A stretch of DNA of 63,861 bases, the filler included, from Licmophora abbreviata (taxonomy: Eukaryota): NCBI GenBank assembly GCA_900291995.1. It is 13 parts of 13 records of this genome, joined end to end, with 100 filler letters (N's around TTAATTAATTAA, not from the genome) between each part and the next. Parts side by side here need not be neighbours in the genome. Positions count along the whole stretch, not along the records: positions 53,913 to 60,721 come from OLMU01002487.1; positions 60,822 to 63,861 come from OLMU01002490.1; 11 more parts are not named here. The stretch is one strand, 5' to 3'. The notes under the pieces were generated by a model. It worked only from the letters and a program-made list of their open reading frames with translations, was not told where the DNA came from and ran no database searches. Below, one piece after another: positions 56,865-63,861 of the stretch; position 1 is the stretch's first letter; the number at the start of each line of letters is the position of its first letter. Made by a program: the position numbers and the translations under genes.

Positions 56865-57258
56865 GGTGCGAAGCGTGACGATGTCGTGTGTCAACGATAG
56901 TCTGATGTCCACAAGATGTTTTGTGGAAGTTCAAAGTGCAATCCCGAGTTTTTTGGATCTTTTCGTGTGTTCTTTGTGAGCGCGCGCAACGCGCGGACAT
57001 ACTTCTTTCTTTCCGTTCAAAATTGAAAAAAAGCGCGCCCAAACTCGAGTCGAAGGTGTCGCCTTCGCGTGTCGGGAGCTCGTATGATAGTCACAAAAAG
57101 CTTGCGCGCGCCGTGGCTTTCTCGCAATGATGTCACAATCTGCGGTGGCGCCGCGGGTCGGAGACCGATCGCTGTGTTGATGAGCTTGCTTGGCCCACAC
57201 AAGAAGACCAAGTCACACACGAGTCTTATCATTTTTGTGCTTCTTGTGAATCCTCCCC

Positions 57259-58244
57259 ATGATGAGGAAGTGTCTACTACTCGCTTCTACGCTTGCTACA
57301 GCTTCGGCCTTTGGATTTCCGACTCTTCCGAATCCGTTCAAGCCTACGTCGCAGTCGCCGGTGCTCCCAAAGACGACTTCGTCCATCCTCGAGGTGCGTG
57401 TGACAGTCTCGTGTTCTTTCAGTGTGTCGTACAAAGTCTCGAACGCTCCAATCACACCCTCCGTTTGCTCTTTCGCTCTCAGAAAAAGGTCGAGCTCTTG
57501 GAGGCTGTATCGAACACCAACAATGGCAAGTCGGCGACCCCCGAGCAACAACAGGAGGTTCTCAAAATTGTCGGTCAACTGGAGCAGGAGTCTCCCGTAA
57601 GCGATACGCTACTTTCAAATCTAGAGGAAGCCAAGCAGCTGGACGGTGTGTGGTATCTGCAATATACATCGCCCAGCGTTGTGGGAGACAAGGACGAGTT
57701 TCCGGTGCGTACTACTAGTGTATACATGTCTCTTGCTAGAGTCGAATGACGTCTTCTTTGTGTCCAAGTACACTCACCAAAAACCATCTTTCCCAAACAG
57801 AACACATGGAAGCCAAGCAATGCCAGTGAGAATGACTCGATTGAAACGCGGCAGTTCCAAGCTGCCGGTACGGTGGCAGCGCAGGGCATTAGTGTCGAAA
57901 CCGCAAACCGCGTCGTGCAACAGATTTTCGATATCCCTCAATCGACCGTAATGAATGATGTGGAACTCGACTTTGGGCATGTCAATGTAGGAGGCTCCTT
58001 TCGACAGTCCTCAACAGTCCCAAACAGAGCTGTCGTCGCCTTTGAACGAGGAGAGATCGCATTCAACAATGGATTTACGCTCAAGCTGGATGTTGTGTTT
58101 TCGCTGCTCGCATTCATTCGAGGAGGAAACAAGGACAGTGGGTGGTTGGAGACAACATTCTTGGATGACGAGATTCGAATCGGTAGAGGAAACAAGGGAA
58201 CTATGTTTGTCCTTACGCGAGATCAAGCGGCTGTTCAGCCCTAG
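57259..58244 (+). CDS. PAP/fibrillin family plastid protein; 3 exons
   Basis: Presequence MMRKCLLLASTLATASA-FG; introns 57394-57482 and 57705-57800; KKVELL, LDGVWYLQYTS, GWLETTFLDDEIRIGRGNKGTMFVL. Confidence 0.92.
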
Positions 58245-58554
58245 TAGAGTTGCTCCATACCGGGGGACATCATCACTCAATGTTCGTCATTTTCACACTC
58301 TCACAAGTAGCGCACTGTAGTCTAATAATGCTATGTTAGGAATGGTCCAATCAGTTCATGAGGCTCGTCGAATTGCTTCTAAGCCACATGTATGCTGAAC
58401 TACTTCCCAACAGATAACGCGCTTTGCAGTTCGCATCATCACTCTTATCACACACTCTGGCAAACGCCGCGCGCGCGACGCAGACGACGACGAGAGCATT
58501 GATGCGCTGCTGTGCGGTGACTCACTAATATTCAGGCCTTCACTGTACAGTCAG

Positions 58555-59169
58555 ATGTTCTCCTTCTCTTTGGTACTGTTCTTCAGTCTTGTTGGGGTGT
58601 TAGAGTCGCTGGTTGCTCTGGTTCCAACGTCCTGCCGGCAATTCAGAGTCGCGTCGTCATGTTTCGGTCTAGCGCCACGTCTGCACAGCATCATCCGTGA
58701 CAGCGCCGAAGATGGAGAGGATCGATCCATTTCGGACTACACCCTCGGTCTGCATGGAGGGAAGTATCAGTTTGCAGACCCTTCTATCAACCCTGTAGGT
58801 CAAGCTTTTGCAGAGTCTCTCTACAGTTCTGGGAGAAAGGACGAAGACGACAGCTACGACGATGAGCCTCTACCAACTTGGGCAGTGCGGCTATCCCAGC
58901 AGAGTCCTACCACTGGTATTGAATTAGTAGTCAACGACAAGGATGGAGCTGAGTGCACTATAGAAAACGACGAAATGTCCTGGGAACGCTACTATGCGTT
59001 CGTCGTCGGTTCTGGGCGGGATTCGTACCACGTAAGTCCGTGGGTAGGCATGCTGGCACCGCGAGGCGGGAAGGCTGTGTTGCGAGTATCGAAGGCATCG
59101 CTATGGGAAGATCCAGCTTGGCTACTCGTTGGAACCGAAAGTGAGCAATGGGTCTACAGGCTAATTTGA
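58555..59169 (+). CDS. Hypothetical, probably plastid-targeted protein
   Basis: 204 aa; signal peptide MFSFSLVLFFSLVGVLESLVA-LV and an Arg/Ser-containing transit-like stretch. Confidence 0.65.
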   Translation: MFSFSLVLFFSLVGVLESLVALVPTSCRQFRVASSCFGLAPRLHSIIRDSAEDGEDRSISDYTLGLHGGKYQFADPSINPVGQAFAESLYSSGRKDEDDSYDDEPLPTWAVRLSQQSPTTGIELVVNDKDGAECTIENDEMSWERYYAFVVGSGRDSYHVSPWVGMLAPRGGKAVLRVSKASLWEDPAWLLVGTESEQWVYRLI

Positions 59170-59236
59170 GGTATGATTAACAGCCCACTGCAAAATCTTA
59201 AAAGGTTCGATGTACCGGTACTATACTACCGAGAGG

Positions 59237-60721
59237 CTATGCTACATGGGCACGCGATCGCCATTCCGGAGGCAGGCTCTCAAGGCTCACTGACGATGCT
59301 TCGTCGTCTTGAACCTTTGCATCGCCGAGGAGTTCGTTTAGAACGGCGGGTCGTGCGATTTTTGATAGGGTGCGAAGAACAAGCTCGTTGACCATGCCAT
59401 CCTCGCAGCACTTTCGAAAGACGTCTTCCATTGCAGCTTGGCGCTCCTCGGGATCCGAGAGAAGACGACCAGACGCGATCAAGAGCGAATTGTATGTGAC
59501 AGAGTCAGTCCCAACGCCGCTTTCTCGCATTTTGTGAAAGAGAGCTATCGAATGTCTCAATGCGTCATGTTTGATACGATCTTCTCCCCATTCGGATGTG
59601 TATGCATGGATTAGAACGTTGTAAGTCTTGATAGAATGTTGGATGCCGATCCGTTCAAACGTCTCAAGTATCTCCTCAGCCGTGCGCACTTTCTCGGCTT
59701 CGCCACTCTTTGCCAACGAAAGCATGAGCGCACAAAATGTTCGTTCTGTCGGTTTGTTGTGACCCTGGCCATCATCAAACCGCTGGAGCATGCGATCAAA
59801 CAGAGCCTTGGAGCGGCGCATGCAACTAGCATCCTTGCCCACCGCCCATGCATCGATGCACGACGTAAAACTTGCGTTGCTAAGGCGAGCAGTTGTGTTT
59901 CCACGGCCAACCTCTTCTTCCATCCACTCCAAAACACGCTCTGCTGCCGGTCCGTTCCCTTCCTTTGCGTGGATATTGATCAAGGTGTTGAAACAGATGG
60001 AATTTGGTTGCAGGCCTCGAAAATCCGGGGATGATGCCGAAAGACTTGTCATCTCGCGAATGAGCGCTTCTACTTTCACAGCCGCCTCGGCATCTCGACT
60101 TTTTGCCCAAGAGTCCATCGCGCATCCATAACACACTACATCGGGTTTGATCGATTCTCGACGTGTGTGCTCGTAGCTACTCTTCATGGTCTCCAACAGA
60201 GCAGTCACTCGCTGGGGGTTACCCGGAGCATTCTCTCGAACTAAGGCTTTCATTAATGTTGCGAAACTGACTCTGTCTGGTAACAAATCGTCGCTCCTAT
60301 ATCTCTGTGCCATGGAGATCATGCGACTCATGATACGTCTTAACCGCGGGATAGTGTCTTTCGCGTTGCTTCTTGCGATAGCACCCATTACTGTATACGA
60401 AATTGAAAGACATCAGAAACGACATTACAGCATAGGCTGAAACATCAAAAGATAAACCAGACAGATAGCGTGTCCTTACCAATATTATAGCCGTAGGCGT
60501 TCATGCGGTCAATTGGATTGACTGGTTCTAGAAAGAGCTCCTCCATTCTCTTCAGGATTCTCTCGGCGCGGGCAACTGAGTCAGGCGTCCCTTGCTTCGC
60601 CCACGCGCTCAACACAACTACAAAGCACTGTTTCACCACAGAACAGACTTTTGGGTGAGAAAGAGAGTGCAACATCCCAATCTTGCAGCATGCAATGTCG
60701 TTGTAATCGTACCTGATGATT
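59237..60721 (-). CDS. Pentatricopeptide repeat (PPR) protein, 5' truncated by gap
   Basis: Repeated P(D/N)xx(S/C)(F/Y)xx(L/C)(I/M)xAWAKS-type motifs (KPDVVCYGCAMDSWAKS, QPNSICFNTLINIHAK); intron 60479-60391. Confidence 0.9.
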
Positions 60722-60821
60722 NNNNNNNNNNNNNNNNNNNNNNNNNNNNNNNNNNNNNNNNNNNNTTAATTAATTAANNNNNNNNNNNNNNNNNNNNNNN
60801 NNNNNNNNNNNNNNNNNNNNN
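60722..60821. other. Artificial contig linker
   Basis: 44 N + TTAATTAATTAA + 44 N. Confidence 0.98.
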
Positions 60822-61507
60822 CAACAATTCTTGCAAATGTGCGCGCCGCTGGGCATAGATCCGCTCCTCTCCAAGAAGTCCTTCTGGGGCAATCTACTGG
60901 GAATGTCGAACTTTTATTACGAGCTGTCTACCAAAGTAGCGGAAGTGTGCTTGGCGAGCCGATCGCGCAATGGTGGCATTATTAGTATACAAGAAGTGCG
61001 CGAGATATTGCAAGCGCGCAAGTCCAAGTTTCATCTCAGTGCCGGGCAAACGACGCAGTCGTACAACAACCAAGACATTCAGACGGCCATTTCCAAACTA
61101 AGTCATCTCGGAGGAGGCTTTCGGACAGTCAAAGTCGGAACGGCAACGATGATTGTGAGTGTCCCGACGGAACTGGACAATGATCACATGGTACTCATGG
61201 GATTGGCGCAAGAGGCGGGAGGGTGTGTGTCGATGCAGCACGTGCAGGAAGCTACTAATTGGAGCGCAGAACGAGCGACGCGAGCATTGGGGCTCTTGTT
61301 AGGGGAAGGTATGGCCTGGCTTGATATGCATCGAGGGGAGGCGCTGCATTGGTTTCCGAGGTACGTGCGTTCTTGCAAGCCTGCCTTGTCGATATACTTG
61401 CATCTCGGTCCGCCCTTTTCTGTTTCGCTTCTGACATCAACATCCCTCCACTTGCTTGTCGTCCAACCAGCGTATGGAAGGAAGGCATGGCGTCCTCCTC
61501 ATCTTGA
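60822..61507 (+). CDS. SNF8: ESCRT-II subunit VPS22/SNF8 (EAP30), 5' truncated by gap
   Basis: F.QMC..LGIDPL.S.K.FW..LLG..NFYYEL, NGG, AI.KL..LG.GF, SVP.EL..DH, W..ERA..AL, EG.AW.D, WFP. Intron 61362-61470. Confidence 0.92.
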
Positions 61508-61616
61508 GCCTCTGGAGAACCATAGAATGAGCGCTACGTACACAAGCTGTTCAAATAAGTTGGATTTCTAGCTCTTATTGTATCGTATCTATCGCTTGTT
61601 CGTATCCATATCCGTT

Positions 61617-63840
61617 TTACAAAATAGAGCAGCACTTCGATTCTGTCATTGTCAGTGGCGTCCCACTTCCATCTATACTGTTTGCGTCTTGCTTGAAGAC
61701 GTCGGCTACGTGAAGAGATGACAAGTAGACGAGATCGAGGTTAGCAAACAGAGTAGATCGACTAGGACGACAACCACAATGACAGTCGCGCTTACTCGAA
61801 AAGTCATTCAGGAATGGGATTATTCTCTGAAAGGATGGTCGGTTCTTCGGGTTTTCATCCCAGCATTGTTGTAATAGCGTCGACAAGCGCATATCCCAAT
61901 CTCGGGGGATGGGCGGTCGCTCACCGTCTAACGAAGCCTTTTCGACGGCAACGATTCCATTCAGCGTTGGCCATGGCGGCTTGCCGCCAAGCAGGTAGTA
62001 AAAGATCATGGCGTATGAGTAAATGTCCACAGTCTCGGAATAGTTTTCATGTCGAAACACTTCCGGCGCCATGAATCGGTACGAGCCCGTTTCTCCCGTC
62101 ATGAGATACGTCTCGGCTTCGTTCGTTTTTGGATCTGGACGAACTTTGGCGAGACCAAAATCGGAAATCTTGAGAACCCCCGAATGGTCAATGAGCAAGT
62201 TGGCTGGCTTGAGGTCGCGATGAATAATGGGGGGCTTGCAGGTGTGCAAGTAATTCATACCCTGCGCAAGCTGTTGAGCATAGACAATCTGGCGTCGATG
62301 AGGCATCCTTGTACCTTGAATGAGATGTGACTTGAACACATCTAGTAAAGAGCACTTCATCAATTCAGTAACCAGAACTTCGTAATCGGCGGTGGTCGAG
62401 TAGGCAAGGAGAAGACAGATGTTGGGATGGCGACAAGACTTTAGGACCGATATCTCCCGTCGAAAGTCAGCAATAGCTTCCTCCTTTGCCGACTCGCTAA
62501 TCTGTGATGAATCCAAAAGCGCAATCGCCTCATCAACCTTCGAGGGATCACCCGAGTTAGCCTTGGCGAGCGCGTGGTGCGCCAAGAACTCCTTCTGAAT
62601 CTTGGCGCTCTTGATGATCTTGCCCGCGACAAGCGTCCCGCGCCACCGACACTTGTAGATTTCTCCAAACGCACCGGCACCGATTCGTTCAATCATTTCA
62701 AGTTCGGTGAATTCTACCCTCATATTATCATCCTCCCTTGAGACGTCCTTTTCTTCCTCATCCTCTCGAATTGACCCCGCCGTGGCACCATGTTTCTTCA
62801 ACGCCCTCACACAATTTTCGTGGCAGTTCCGAATCGCGTCATCCAGAGGACGTCCACCCCATCGATCTATAGCATTTGGGTCAGCACCCGCCTTGAGCAA
62901 GACAGTGACGATATCCACATGACCCTCACCGGCCGCCAAGTGCAATGCTGTTCTCTTGTCGTAGTCGCCCTCGTTAATGGCAATCCCAAAGCTCAATAAC
63001 AAGCGTACTTCATCCAAATCGCCCTCGGCAGCTGCCGAAATGAGATTGGCAATCAAATCGACCGATCCCGTGGTTGCCCCATGTTCCCGAAGAAACTTCA
63101 CAATAACTTCCTGACTGCATCGATATTATAAGAACGATCATGTGAGGGAAGGATTTGCATGGCGTGAGCGACATTTGTAGAAACTCTCCTTCCCTATTCT
63201 TTCGTGCATACAATGATATACATACGTACCGATGACGATGAGCATCATCGAGAGGTGATCCACCCCATCGATCGCTCCGATTAATCCGTGCACCCTTCTC
63301 TTCCACTAGATATTTGCAAATTCCCAAGTGTCCTTCCGACGCTGCGACATGCAAGGCAGTTCGTCGATCGTAATCGCGAAAGTTCACGTGATGAGGATGT
63401 TTTTCCAACAAGACCTTCATGGCCTCGACGTCGTTTCGAGCTGCGGCCTGCAGGAGATTACACCCAGCTGCGAATTCGTCAAAGGGCATGTTGAGATCGG
63501 TCTTGGAAGCGAGGATTCCAGTTCCCTTGATGTGATGTTCCGTCAAACTCAGGTCGAGTTCTCCCGACGGACTCGTCGTGTTCTTTCGAGGTCTCGGTGA
63601 CGATGGTCCTGGTATAATGTCTCCTATACTATCATCCTCATCTTTCGCATCCTCGTCTTCTTCAAATGCAACCACCTTGGGAATTTGTTTTTGCTGCTGC
63701 TTTTTCTTGCCGCTCCCGCTGTTGTTCAGACTGCTGGTCAAGGCTGGTGGGGGTGATGCTCCAATTTTAGGCGGCGACGGAGGCGTTTTTTCAGCTAAAG
63801 ACACCATCACAGACTCATGTTTCTTGAAGGAGTTATTCAT
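61617..63840 (-). CDS. Ankyrin-repeat tyrosine-kinase-like (TKL; ILK/Raf-like) protein kinase; 3 exons
   Basis: Ankyrin repeats (DYDRRTALHVAASEGH, DRWGG.PLDDA). Kinase motifs IGAGAFGEIY, HRDLKPAN, DFG, GSYRFMAPE. Introns 63229-63115 and 61795-61706. Ends CCSIL. Confidence 0.93.
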
Positions 63841-63861
63841 GACGGCACCATTGTCGGAAGG

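Overview
Gene-dense eukaryotic nuclear DNA, most likely from a diatom or related ochrophyte. Support: short GT-AG introns, several bipartite signal-peptide plus ASAFAP-type plastid presequences, a nuclear-encoded plastid rpl10 and a type III (p10-p20) metacaspase. The window is a scaffold of 13 contigs joined by 12 artificial 100-nt linkers (44 N, TTAATTAATTAA, 44 N). At least two of these gaps are false, because the flanks overlap and a gene reads through. About 35 protein-coding genes can be modelled by eye, including a TPR protein, PhyH dioxygenase, P4-ATPase, CHY/RING E3, EXO1, CtIP/Sae2, a dynamin/EHD-like GTPase, NEDD8, a pseudouridine synthase, two fibrillins, EamA, RBBP5, a WW-cyclin Y-like protein, patatin, a TUL1-like E3, amine oxidase, COMT, a bestrophin-like channel, a PPR protein, VPS22 and an ankyrin kinase. 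No rRNA, tRNA, CRISPR array or intact transposon was recognised. Best leads: head-to-head EXO1 and CtIP; a probably mitochondrial dynamin-like GTPase with a TM hairpin; a CaaX-ending type III metacaspase; a ~1500-aa disordered protein with 64-aa repeats and PP1-docking motifs; and two structured intergenic segments that may be ncRNAs. All family calls come from motif recognition, not database searches.
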